NCBI GenBank assembly: GCA_002633005.1 | Contig: NMRA01000003.1 | Coordinates: forward strand, 2,504,916 to 2,568,915 | Source: Phoronis australis | Lineage: Eukaryota; Animalia; Phoronida | DNA: 64,000 nt | Direction: 5' to 3' | Part shown: piece after piece, positions 51,723 through 64,000 of the stretch | Numbering within the stretch: position 1 is the first letter of the stretch | Layout: each line of letters begins with the position of its first letter | Position numbers and translations under genes: made by a program | The notes under the pieces: generated by a model | The model's input: the letters and a program-made list of their open reading frames with translations, nothing else | What the model was told of the DNA's origin: nothing | Databases searched by the model: none

Positions 51723-54700
51723 CTATTCAGCTTTGCTCTCAGCTTGAAGTTGATCCATTGGTAAATTGAGCTGCAGAGGGTCTCTTAGACGTTTGAGATC
51801 CAGCTCAGCCTGGTGATATTCACTTTTCAGTTCATTATATTTGTCAACATTCAGGTTTTGTCGCCTCGCTCCTCTGTGGAATATCTGTAGCCACATGCGA
51901 TCTCTCACATCAGGGAACACATAGTCCTGTGAAATATATACAAACGTTAGACAAAATAAAGACATACTTGATCATTTTTGTTACACAACAAGCATGCAGA
52001 AAGACGTTAATGAAATAAGCTTGAAAATAGCAAGGTATTAACAGCTTATTCAGCTTCAGCCAAGAGGAGAATCTAACCAATGCATAGCAATTCTACTGAA
52101 ACATGATATTATCTCAAATCAGAATTTGGTGATAGGTTTTTACCATTCCTCAAACAACTACATTTCATTTTGGCTTCACATACTTTTCATAAACTAAGTC
52201 AGTGCATATGGGGTGTGCATAATAACTCGTCTAATTCTCTTGCATAAATACTACTTCAAACTAGAACCTAGTCACTAGTCTTAAATAATGACCAATTTCA
52301 AGGCCACAAAACTGACCTGTTTTGTAAGTACGTAGTAGGCAAACATGGCCATAGAGGTGCCGTATGTAACAAAATATGTGACGGGTTCCATGATATCCCA
52401 GGAGTATTCCCACCACACCAGGCGAGCTAGGAAGCCAAACTGAACCCCCATCAAGCCTAAGCCAAGCCACGTTAACTGATTTGCACGTTTGTGCGACTTC
52501 AGTGCAATCTGTTGTTTAACCTGAAATGAATAATTTGTTGGTGAGATTCAACTCAAAGTAAACATATTCCATTCATCAGAATGTGTAAATAAAAATGTTT
52601 CATCAGTGATGACATATCCTTTTCTTAAACATCACAAATATTTTAAGTCTGGTAGGCACACTACATTAGTATAACTTGTTACTATCATTGTAACACCATA
52701 TTACTATTGTAATAGCTGTACATTAAAATGAGAATGACATTTTATAGCAACTGTAACCCGCAGAACATATCTAACATGAAAATAATTACAATCTAGCCAT
52801 TCTTCATCACAAGAAAGACTTCACAGTGATGTAGCCAACAGATGGCGTGCAGACCAGACTTAAAATGGTTTGTGATTAACAATTCCATGCTGGTTCAAGA
52901 TTTACACATTACATATGTATGGGAAAGACTCATTTCACAAAATCCTTGTCAAACTCAGTCAGTGACCTCAGAAGAATCATATATTTCTATTTTAAAAGAT
53001 TTAAGGAACAGAAGCAAACCTTTGTTCTCCCAACTTGTATAAAATACATAAAAAATTTCGATAATACCAGTCGTCCGAGTTAACATCCAAGTTCAGTTTA
53101 ATGGCCTCCAAGAATTATCAACAATTTCACCTTTGAACATCCAATGTTGTGTTGTTTTTGACATTAAAATTAGCATTAATTGGGATGAGCTAAGTTACAA
53201 ATCAGATAAGAGAAGCGTTTCCAAACAGAACATAATGAGAATGACCTGTTCAAAGGGTTCCAGTTCAACCCTGATCTCCTCCAGTCTGTGTTGTAGTTGT
53301 CTCTCCTTCATCAGATGATATTCCTCAATGTTCAATGTATTGTTCAGCTGTGATATCAGAGCTTTAGCTTGGTTCAGCCTCGTCAGGTCATCCTGGCTCA
53401 AAGATTCTGCGGGGGATGGAACGTTTTTATTGTCCAGAGCAAAACATAGTAACTGAAAGCCAAGTCGTCTACACTTGTCTAATTTATGTTCCAAAGATAC
53501 GGATACAAGAACATTAAGCTTTATGGTTAGATGTTGGCATTATGGCGACATCCCGTTGCTCCCAACTTCTTCGATTCTATAGCCCAACAACAAGTTGGGA
53601 AGTTTACCCCCCGTAGCCAATATGTTACACGACTGATTAACTCCATTCTGGCATGTATGGTTGGAGGGTCTGCGCTCTTTTGTTCGATAATTGCTCTAAT
53701 CTTCGATCAGATCGTACCTAGAGTGACTGGGCTGGGCTGATAAAAATGAAAGTTAAGTTATAACATATTTGAGCTTAAACCAATAGCATTTCTGAATTCC
53801 TCGTCAAATGCTGATCATGTTCCGTTTTTGAATCACCAAAATCGCCCAACTACAACAGAAGTTAAGACAATCTATTCTGTCCAAACGGACGCACTGGGTT
53901 TGACAGTGTTCATACGCAGGGTAATAGCGTGCAACCACCATACGTTTCCTTTGAAGCCTGGGAGATAATTCGCCTGCTTATCATACGAGACAAAAGACTG
54001 AGCTGGGCAGTTAACGAAAGAAGCCAGATTTTATCACACGTTCAGAACCCCTCATGTCTGGAAAAGTTACTGAATGACAGAACGCTGTAATGAACATAAC
54101 CATCCATTCAGGTGAGGTACTTGATGCAAAAATATAAAACACTAAGAATTTTCTAGACATTGCAGAACTGCCTGGCTCCTTCTACTCGAGAATAGTGACT
54201 GACTGATACCAACAAAAATTGTCACCCTTTCCTGTTGTCCAAGTACATCGACAGGGGACCACTTGAATTTTGTGGGAATATGACAGTCAGTATTCTCCAG
54301 TAGGAGGAGACAGACAGCCCAGTATCACCAGCAGAAAATTTCAAGTGAATTTTCTCGAAGTTTTGAATTTCTGCAGCTTGCTTTAAGATTCACATATTAA
54401 TTCAACACTCTAGTCTGCTAGTGAACAGAATTAAGTTATCACATAGCCTTTTTTATTACTGAAAAAGGTTAGAATCAAAGATAAGTGGTAATCAACCTTC
54501 ATTTTTCTAAGAAAGGTGAACACCATAAGTGACATCTCTATTACCTAATATACACAAAGGCATTGTGCTTCAACCAATGAATTTTATGTGAAAAACAACC
54601 ACCTTGAAGTCTACTTGACACACATGCATATTGTAAGCTATAGGGCCTCACCAACAGTGGGGGGTTGTATTTGGAATGACTTGTCATTGATTGTCAAGGT

Positions 54701-55928
54701 GAACTCAGATCTCAGCAGGATCTCTATGGCTGTTGACTTGGCTAACCTGACACCATCTGAAATGACCAAAAAATGTTGACTGTTGAAAAGATAAACATAG
54801 AGGTGTATAAATTCAATCTTATACCTCAAAGATTCACTCAACAACTATTCCTAAAAATGTGCCTCAGACATAACACAACTGGACATTTTCTCTGTTGTGT
54901 TACTCTATTCGTCCTTCCATTGCCAACGATGTATTAGTGCTGTGCTGTGGGCTCCAACTCAGACGTGAGAAAGTTTGATAAACTAGACATTCAAATACCC
55001 ATAGATGCATGATCTGAAATTCTTCGTCTTCCGAAATCAATGAGAGACTGGAAAATATGCCTAATTTCCAAAAACGAGGTCACATGCCCTTCTTATCTCT
55101 GGGACAAAGAAGAGTTCTACCGCCATGTAATCTGGGACAGCCCTGTTATGTTCTCTGATAGAGGAAAACACAGTATGGTGACTTCCCTTAAGAGGAGATG
55201 TTATCACTCCTATTCACATTGCCCAGACGGCAGGTGTTGGTATTCCTTAATAAATGACCGTGTAAGTAAAGCAGACGATTTCAGTACATCAAAGCAGGTA
55301 AAAAGCTGCCAGTCGAACAAGAAATCCCAAGAAGGAAGCATCAGTGGTCATATAATAACAATATGATCAGTCTATATTTGTTTCATTACATGACGACTAG
55401 CGTGCCTTTCCTCTGATTTTTGTCTCTTAATTGATTCGCTTGTTTTAATCTACCTTTGATGTACTGACATCGTCTGCTAGCTTCATTGTCCAGGTTTATA
55501 GTTTCCAACTGCATCTGATTGGCATGAACGAAGTGACATTCCACACTAACATGGTCAGAGTTTAGCGCTAAATCTGAAGTTGTTGTATGGTGTTTCAGTG
55601 GTCATGCAATAATAAAAATCATGCCACATTACATCACTCTGTAATGCAAAGCATAACATAGTTATAAATTAATACCTCAAAAACTGATAGCTTACAAAAA
55701 ACAGACACACAGTTTGTATTATTTTATACATGATCATGTATTAAGGCAATAACAAACCAGTAGTGTAGATTTCTGCCCTGTCAATCCCACGATCCTCTGC
55801 TTTCAGTTGATCAATGAATGTACCAATTGTGTGCGAGATAGGCTTGAGAGTGAACTGACATTTCTCACCACGAGAGGGCAGCACTACTGACACCACTGGC
55901 AGGCCATTTCTGTAGAACACGTCAACAT
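51723..55928 (-). CDS. MCU: Mitochondrial calcium uniporter, five 3' exons; 5' exons (targeting peptide) not confidently located
   Basis: Exons 55928-55758 ([37 protein letters not shown]), 54756-54652, 53406-53246 (coiled coil), 52520-52317 (TM1[17 protein letters not shown]2), 51926-51723 (stop). The DIME selectivity filter is intact and phases are consistent. Confidence 0.95.
53538..54092. mobile_element. MITE family 1, copy in an MCU intron (inverted)
   Basis: TIRs CATTATGGCG / AACGCTGTAATG; reverse-complement homolog of 14697-15196. Confidence 0.75.
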
Positions 55929-57733
55929 CTGAAAACAGAGGGCAGCGTAGGAGAAAAATTAAATTCTTTTTAAACAAAACGCTTGCTCAGTGGCATAAAA
56001 CAGCATCTTAAAAGAAATCATAGTAAAGACTAGCAATTACAATGTGCATTGTGTAGACTATTATTGAAACTGAATGCACTAACATTTTGAAAAATACAAG
56101 GAATATGCAAATAGCTTCTCATTACTGATTATTGAATAGGATTCGCATGAAATTTAATCTGTTACCATGTAACACATGTGACCTCAGTCACTTGATCACA
56201 TTAGGACTGGTAAATGGTGGGGGTAGAAAGCCCTGTTATCTGTTGCTGTCTTTGCCATTATCTGTACCATAAATCAAGCCCAATATGACATCACTAATGC
56301 TTCAGAATGCCTTCCCAGGAGTAACAGACCAGAGTCCCATGACCATACACTTCACAAGTGTCATGTGACATACTCCTACACAAGAATGTGTGCGAGCACA
56401 CAACACGTGATCTGCTTCTCAATGTTCAGCGTAGTCTGCATCATTATACTTCACGTCTTTCCAATTAAACATTAGAAAGTCACGATAATGATTAAATGAA
56501 ATATAATATTAAAGGCCATGTATCTGCACTTTTGAACAATGTTTGTCCTTGTTGATGAATCATAACAAATTAACAGTGATCGTGACTGATCCCTGTGTTC
56601 TGAAACTCATCATAATCTGTCACAACAAGCTGGACGCCCAGACAAAGACGTGAACACATAAAAAGTCATCACACAACTCCTTTTGTCAAATTAAAATTAA
56701 ACAATCCAAACATATTCTTTAGGTTATGTAGGATCTCATAAAAATGACCAAATTTGGCTGCCTTTGCAACATCATATCTCAGAAATGGATGGCGTGAATT
56801 TTACAGCCAGAGTGCTTACCTGACTTATTCTTATAAATGGCTACACTCATTTGTTTCTGAATTCTGTTACAGTGAAGCCTTACTTGACCTTTGTCATGTT
56901 TGCGAAACCTTCACAAAAACTGAAGCTCACTTTAGAGCTGGGAGTAATATACATATTGGTCCTAGCTTTAGAGCCAACGTATTTTTTAAGTTGGTTTTAA
57001 ACTTATGGAATGGAACTTTATAAGCGATCATTCGTTATAAAGCCAGTGCATTGTAAAGTGGTGCCACTGCAATTCATGGCTTGAACCTTCAGTACCTAAT
57101 GATTTTCATACTCAATGAAAAGTATTAGAAGTGATAGTCAATAACATTGTTAAACACTTTGTGTATTTCACAAGACCACTCATACTTAACAGAATACATG
57201 AATCTATTTGTATTGATGTTGGTTATTCTTGGTTGTTGCCATTGGCAAAAAAGTGAACATCATGATGAAAGGAAAGGCAATGAGATCCTCTGTAGCTCTG
57301 ATCATGTGAAGGATGAACAATGAAGTCACTTATCTAATAGTTTTGACTCTCTTTGACTCATTTAGAAAGTGATGTCACACGAGCAATATGAACCGTCAAC
57401 AAACTGCCATTCCTATTGGTATTGAATATTAATATGTGGTTATATCACTTTACTTAAAAATATTTATTTGGTCAAGGTGCTGTTACATGGCATACTGTGG
57501 ATAAGCATTCCACAGGTATAGCAGCATGTGTGGGAAAGGCCTCGGTGCGAATTTGTAAAAATATACAGATATGCATCATTACGGGTAAACAACTTACCAA
57601 ATAATACCTGACACAAAATTAGTATCTATTAATAACTACTCAAAATTCAATAACCTAAATTACTAACCAGTGCTAAAAAGTGTCAGCTGCTAAATTGGTA
57701 AAGCGAATTTATGCATCAGCTTTCAATGGCAAG

Positions 57734-58674
57734 AAATAGAGCATCACCTAATTGTGAACTATGTGTCAAACTTCATGCAAATCCATCAAGGAACTCCTAA
57801 AATACAAAAGCACACATGAAAAAACAAACTGCCTTCAGGAGACAAAGCGGTAGTCGGATCAATCCACCTGTTGTCAAGTTAATAGGAACACACTTGCCAC
57901 AGTTACGCCGTAATAGTTGGACCTTTATGAAAATCCTGAAAATCCACGTCAGTCGTTCTCTTATCAATAGAAACACATCTGTCAATTTTCATAATTATCC
58001 TTGTAATAGTTTGGCAGACGGCAGACCACAAAAAATGGACTCGAAAATTATAAAAATAGCCACTAAGACACATAATACATCAAATCCATCACAAAATGGA
58101 AAGGTGTTCTCTTCATAACAGAATTTCATGATAAACCCTCAAGGAACTCTGGAGATAGAGAGGCAAAAGTAAAAACTAAAATTGCCATTAGGGCACATGA
58201 CCGGTAGCCAGAGCCAGTTGTGAGAGCCATTCTCAGATTGAGGAAAACATTTCCAAATTTCACAAAAATTCTACAAATGACAAAGGAGACGTAGCCATGG
58301 AAGCAAAACACAAAATCACGACTAGGGTGAAACACAGTTGTCAGTCCTATCCGAAAATCAACGTCAACCATGTCTTCTCATCTTTCAAGAAAATGTACCA
58401 GCTAAGGAACTCCAAAGATACAGAGGCAAACATAAACAACTAAAATTGCCACTAGGCAGCACAGCAATACTTGAATCGGTCCAAAACTCCTGGTCACCTG
58501 TTGTCAGCTTCATACGAATACATCTACCTGATATTGTTAAAATTAAGATCTTGCAAAGGAAGGAGTGAATAGATACAGCAGCAATGCCCACCCAGGAAGC
58601 CAGACATCCAAGTCATCCAGACAGAGATGATGATGGCAATATGAACTCACACATGCAAATGTGGGACATTAAAA
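57734..58674 (-). mobile_element. Degenerate HINE-family copy
   Basis: Minus-strand start ttttaatgtcccacatttgcatgtgtgag..atattgccatcatcatctctgtc matches the 5' end of the 35830 element; contains aaattgccactagg units. Confidence 0.55.
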
Positions 58675-59089
58675 CAAACCTTTGATTTATACCACCTACC
58701 ATCATCAAACTAGTTTGAAATTGCTCATTTGTAAAACTGGAAGTGACTTCAGAACAACTACAGAACGTGCCAGTTTGCCATTGTTTTCATGACAGTGACT
58801 TAAGATTTGGTCTTACACTCCTCCTTCACAAGAAAAGAACAATATATAGCACCCCACACACTCTTAGAAATACCGGGCCCGTTTATAGAAAAGCGGTTGT
58901 AACTTTTAAAACTGATTTAAAGGTTATACCTCGTTGTTTGAACATTTCAAAACTAGTTTTGAAAGTTGTAACTGTAGCGAGATTATAACACTCTACGAGG
59001 TTGACAAAAATTACTCAGTAGGTGACAATGCTGTCAAATCACCTTGGAAACAATGCTGCACCAAGGTACTAACTAAGAAAACCCCATAC

Positions 59090-59141
59090 CACTGACCACT
59101 AGATACCACTGACCACTAGATACCAGTGACCACTAGCCACT
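59090..59141. repeat. 17-bp tandem repeat, 3 copies
   Basis: Unit accactgaccactagat. Confidence 0.75.
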
Positions 59142-59595
59142 AATATCACACACACTATGGGTAAAAACAGGTAAAACTGTAGAAAGAGTAATACCTGGGT
59201 TTAGTTGGTCTAAACACAGCTTCAGTATCAGCAAATTGCAACTCACCGAGTCACGTAAAAATTCTTACCAATTTAGGACACAATATGGCAGACTGGTGAA
59301 ATTTTATTATTCTGATTTTTCTTAAATGATATACACTACCGACAAGAATGACACTTTGCCATATCTAAGATTTGTGCCACAGCAACCGAAAAAAATATGG
59401 AAATTTGTAGGCAACCACAACAATGTTAGAAGTCCATAAATATGTAAATCTTAAAGTTGTTTGGAAATGTAAATCGCAAACAATTATAAGTATGTCGGCA
59501 TATCACCTGTTGGGCAACACGCGATGTGTCCAACAGGTGGTGTGCTGACCAGACTTATAAATGTTTGCAAGTGTTAGAAGCCCTTGAAAAATATG

Positions 59596-61190
59596 AACAA
59601 GAGCATCCCTCCACGCCCACGAATGCATCGCAAATGGTATGCTTTTAGGGTTACTTATTTGTGTCATAAAATGGCAATAGATGGCGCAAAAACATACAAT
59701 TCGTCCGAAAATGGGAACATGTCATTGCTTCTTTAATAGAAAGCTATACACCAAATTTCATAGAAATCCGTCACGGAACTTTTGAGGAAATAAAGGAAAA
59801 CAGAATAAAATGAAATTGCCACCAGGGGGCACAGTGTTCATTGGATCCGCCTGAAAGTCACCATTATCTGTTGTTTAAACTTAATATAAATACACCTACT
59901 AAATTTAATAAAGATCCTGCTGTGGGTTTAGAAGATACAGCTGTAGGTGCAAAACAAAACAAAACTACCACTAGGAGGCGCCAGAGTAGTCAAAGTCATC
60001 ATCAACATCAACCGTCCGCTTCACACTGAGAACATATACGTCAATTTTCAAAACCATCCTTAGAATGATTTGGTTGATAGAGTGGTAGACGACAAAAACA
60101 TACTCGAAAACAGTGAAAATGGCCACTAGGTGGCGCAAAATACCTTGATTCCATCCGAAAATCGAAGGATAGTGTCATCTCACCAACAGATGCTCGTATT
60201 CAAAATTTTATGAAAACCTGTTGAGTTCCTTTGAAGCTACAGAGAAAAACGTAAAACTAAAATTGCCACCAGGGGGCATACCAGTAGGCAGATCCATCCC
60301 AAAATCATCGTCGTCCGTTGTAAACATCACATAAACACAATTCTCAAATTTAGTATACTGCAAACTGTTTAGGAGACAGTTATGGGCACAAAAAAAAAAC
60401 TACCACTAGGAGGTGCCACAATGGTCGAAGACATCAGAAAATCATTGTCAGCCATCCACTTCATAATAAAAATATACATGTCAATTTTCGTAATTATCCT
60501 GAAAGCCGTTTGGTTGATAGAGGGGTGGACGTCAAAAAACGTACTCGAAGACAGTAAAAATGGCTACTAGGTGGCGCAAACTAGGTTGAAAGATAGCTTC
60601 ATTTCACGAACAGAAGCCTGTACGCCAAATTTTATGAAATTACGTTGAGGACCTTTGAAGAAACAGAGGTAAATGAAAAAAATAAAATTGCACACCAGTT
60701 CGCAGATCTGTTCGAAAGTTGTCGTCGTCCATTGTCAACATCATATAAATGCACTTACTAAATTTAGTAAAGATGCTGCAAACGATTTAGGAGATATAGC
60801 CATAGGCACAAAAAAAAAACATAACTGCCACTAGGAGGTGCCACAGTAGTCATCAGAAAATCGTGAACCGTCCTCTTCACAGTAAGAACATACATGACAA
60901 TTTTCACAGTCGATACCGTCGTCTCACCAATAGATGCCTATATACCAAATTTTATGAAAATACGTTGAGGACCTTTGAAGTTACAGAGGTAAACGTAAAA
61001 AACTAAAATTGTCACTAGGGGCCACACCGATAGTCGGATCCATCCGAAAGTTAGCTCATGACGTCCCATCTATGAAAGGAACACATAAGCAAAATTTCAT
61101 GAACATACGTCAATCGGTTTTGGAGATAGAGCATCAGACGCCAGACAGACGCCGGACAGCCGGCCGGACGCAAATGTGGGCGCATAAAAA
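59596..61190 (-). mobile_element. Helentron/DINE-like element, inverted relative of 35830-37613
   Basis: Ends aacaagagcat.. and ..aaatgtgggcgcataaaaa are reverse complements of the family termini; same internal ~440-bp repeats. Confidence 0.75.
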
Positions 61191-64000
61191 GTGGCAATTA
61201 TTTTTGTCAAAAATTGGCGAGATTTTCCCATAACAGTAATAGTTAACACAACTACCCTAGTATTATCAGACAACTGTTAAATAATCCTGCAGTATCATGG
61301 TAATCAGCATAGTAACACTGTACAACTGTGAATATTGAGCCCAGGATTGTGGGTAAAATACCACAGATTAAGAGATGGCAGTGTGGTATTTTGGAATGTG
61401 GCTATTAAATCTGTGGCAATCAATTTTCTTGCAATAAGAAGTTGTTGCCCTTCGATAAGAACTATGTCAACTCTAAAGTTGCAAACATATACTGAAAATT
61501 AACTCAACTTCCTTACAGGAGTTTACCAAGTAAATGCCAACTTCCTATCTCCAGACAATTATCTATGGCTACAGTGTTTATGTAAGCTTGGATAAGGAAT
61601 AGGGGAGAGAGGATAATGACTGTAAATAAGCACTGCCATATTTACACTCTGTGTGTGTGCCATGACTGTGTTTGAGTGGAGAAGTATCCCAGTAATTAGT
61701 GCCAGCTCACTCAAATGTTGATTACATGGTCTGGGCTCAGGGAAGCTATTAAATATTCAGCTCATGATTCTCTACTTCTGGGATTATCTCTCCACATCAA
61801 TAGACTGTTTAAAATTTCATGACCTTGACAAAACTTGCACAGTGTTTCTGTAGAATAATATTACAGAACTAACCAAAATTTGGTATTTTTTCACAAATCA
61901 CACTTTCAACAGCAAAGACCAAACCATATCAACCATTTGCACTGACAGACAACCCACTCGAAATGACATGAAGATATTAATATCATAATCGTATGAGGGC
62001 AGACAAACAACTCCCTTTACAATCATCTATGCCTGTAACACAGATACTGAGTCTTAGTGCTTTTTGTGATTCAGACCTGTGATATAAATTGTGTGTATGA
62101 TGCAAATTTGACAAACTTTACTGTTCAGGATCTTGGTATTCAACATCCTACAAAAGCCACCAGCAGGGTTAGAGGCTTGTATGCTATCAGGGAAGCAGAG
62201 TTTATCTGTAGTGTGTGTATTGACTTTCATACTATCCTTGTTGAAATTTGATCAGTAATTCCAACCTCAATCACTCCGATTCAAGAGCTATAAAACATGA
62301 GCAAGCTCTTATAGCAACAATTCAAATTTAAGGACAAGTGCTTATAAAAATTTTAATAGCTTTTCAAGGCTTCTTTAACTATGAAAAACATCAAATATAG
62401 TTTGTAACATTTGTTTATCATATGGCTCCAACTAACGACAAACGTAAACAGAAAAACTGAATACAAATGTGTACTGAGAATAGTAAGCCATACGACAAGC
62501 TTATATTCAGAAAATTGAGCATATTTTTACCTTATAAGCAAAGGCCTATAAATAGAAAGATACAACAGCAAAGAAGACCACTGTGCACAGTTTAGAGAGT
62601 TTATGGTAACAATAGTGCCATTATTTCAGAAAATTTAAGAGTCCAAGAAGATAAATCAAAAACTGTTTTAATGTATGACTGATTTTGTTTGGCACTTTCC
62701 CACGCTATTCATTTCCAGCAACCAAACAAACAGGAATTTTTCAATGTGGCTCCAAAAGTGGCCCCAGAAATTTTCCAAACATAGACGCATGAGCCAATAT
62801 TTGAGGGCAGGTTGAATTACTATTTTTCCATCATTAAACTACAAGTATGGAAACTGAAAGAAACTGCCCAGCGGTACAACCCAGGCATATTCTAACTTCT
62901 CTCAATTTACAGTAATTGTCCACAAATCAAATTTAACATATTTTCTTGCTAGTTGAGGTGTGCCAAGTTGATAAGCTAATACACAAAGCGCTTGTGTTTA
63001 TCCAAACTTCGCTGAAACTTCACTTATTCTTCCGACTAGACAGCGATATCGAAGTTATCGCTAAGATACTGGACGACGCAGTTCATTCGTACTCTCAAAT
63101 GAATATTGAGTAGTGGGTTCAAGGCTAACTGATAATTGTTCTCCTGCTATTTACAGTGTTTATGAAAATGATCAGTGTCATTCTTCATCAAACATGTTTT
63201 CTTTTAATTATTTATGTCCGTTTATAAAGAGCCCGTCGGCTATGCTACAATAGCAAAGAACACATTTTGCGAGTTTCGCGTGATAGTACTGATATTGTTG
63301 CCGCAACCTCTACTGATAACTTGGGTAAAAGTTTCGGTCAGTACCGAAGCTTCGCTTTTAAATCCTACTATTTTCAGCGAAGTTTGGCAGATTAACTACT
63401 GGAGCTGGCCTTTCCAACTAATACCGAAACTTTGGTAAAAGCAAAGTTTCGCTTCTAATGGGAAACCAAGTACAAATATTGTAGTTGACGAATGGGCCAA
63501 GTTAACTGAGTAACCAGGCGTCGCCAACTACTCATGTGTGAATATTACAAAATGTGAACTACAGGTTGCGTTATCCAATTAACAGTAATTAAGTTGCATT
63601 ATCTTACTCCCATGTAAACGTACTTCACCCAAATTTTGTCAGGGCCCTCACTCACCTGAGGGGAAAGGTGCCTGTACCTTCTAAAAGAGAGCGTTCTGCA
63701 TTTTGTGCCTGAACCTGCTATCCCGGTATCTTACGGATGTTGCGGGATGAGTATACGCAACTGGGTACATACCCAGTCAGCAGCCCAGTGGGCATCACTT
63801 AACTCCTGCAGAGAGACCAAGGAGAATTTTCCCAACGTGATCGAACTAAAAGGTTCAAAAAGCCTTCTGAGTCTAGATAGATTGGGTATAAGACACGTCA
63901 TTCAAATTTTGACGGGCCACTGCAACCTAGCCCGACACAGACACATTACTGGGCATATGGGGAGCCCTGTGTGTCCCGAGTGTGGTACTGACGTAGAATC

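Noticed and set aside
49135-55928. Functional link between TIR-derived ADPR/Ca2+ signalling and neighbouring MCU
   Set aside because: Adjacency only; convergent orientation and no shared regulatory evidence.
58700-58757. Possible upstream MCU exon (tag|...GATG|gtaggt on minus)
   Set aside because: In-frame TAG in the phase needed to join exon 55928.

Overview
AT-rich eukaryotic (invertebrate, probably lophotrochozoan/mollusc-like) genomic DNA with spliceosomal introns and one N gap (21873-22064). Left edge: the last two exons of the myosin chaperone UNC-45 (+). Right: five exons of the mitochondrial calcium uniporter MCU (-). Between them is a head-to-head pair of paralogous 12-exon genes, A (-, 31484 to 6603, ~797 aa) and B (+, 31996-49135, ~836 aa), whose ATGs are only 511 bp apart. 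Both encode an N-terminal macro-like domain (GDIT motif) followed by three tandem TIR_2-type TIR domains, with no signal peptide, LRR or TM segment. TIR1 has Gln at the catalytic Glu position in both genes, while TIR2 and TIR3 keep Glu. Only B ends in a polybasic-CaaX motif (KKRKKSQACLII*). The pair is a candidate animal ADP-ribose-signalling immune module reminiscent of bacterial type II Thoeris (TIR + macrodomain). Introns hold a probable A-to-B gene-conversion tract, splice-site tandem duplications, Helentron/DINE-like elements with CTCF-like motifs, MITEs, SINEs, minisatellites and a probable uncollapsed-haplotype duplication. Exon models were built by hand from splice signals, phase and paralog comparison; no database search was run.
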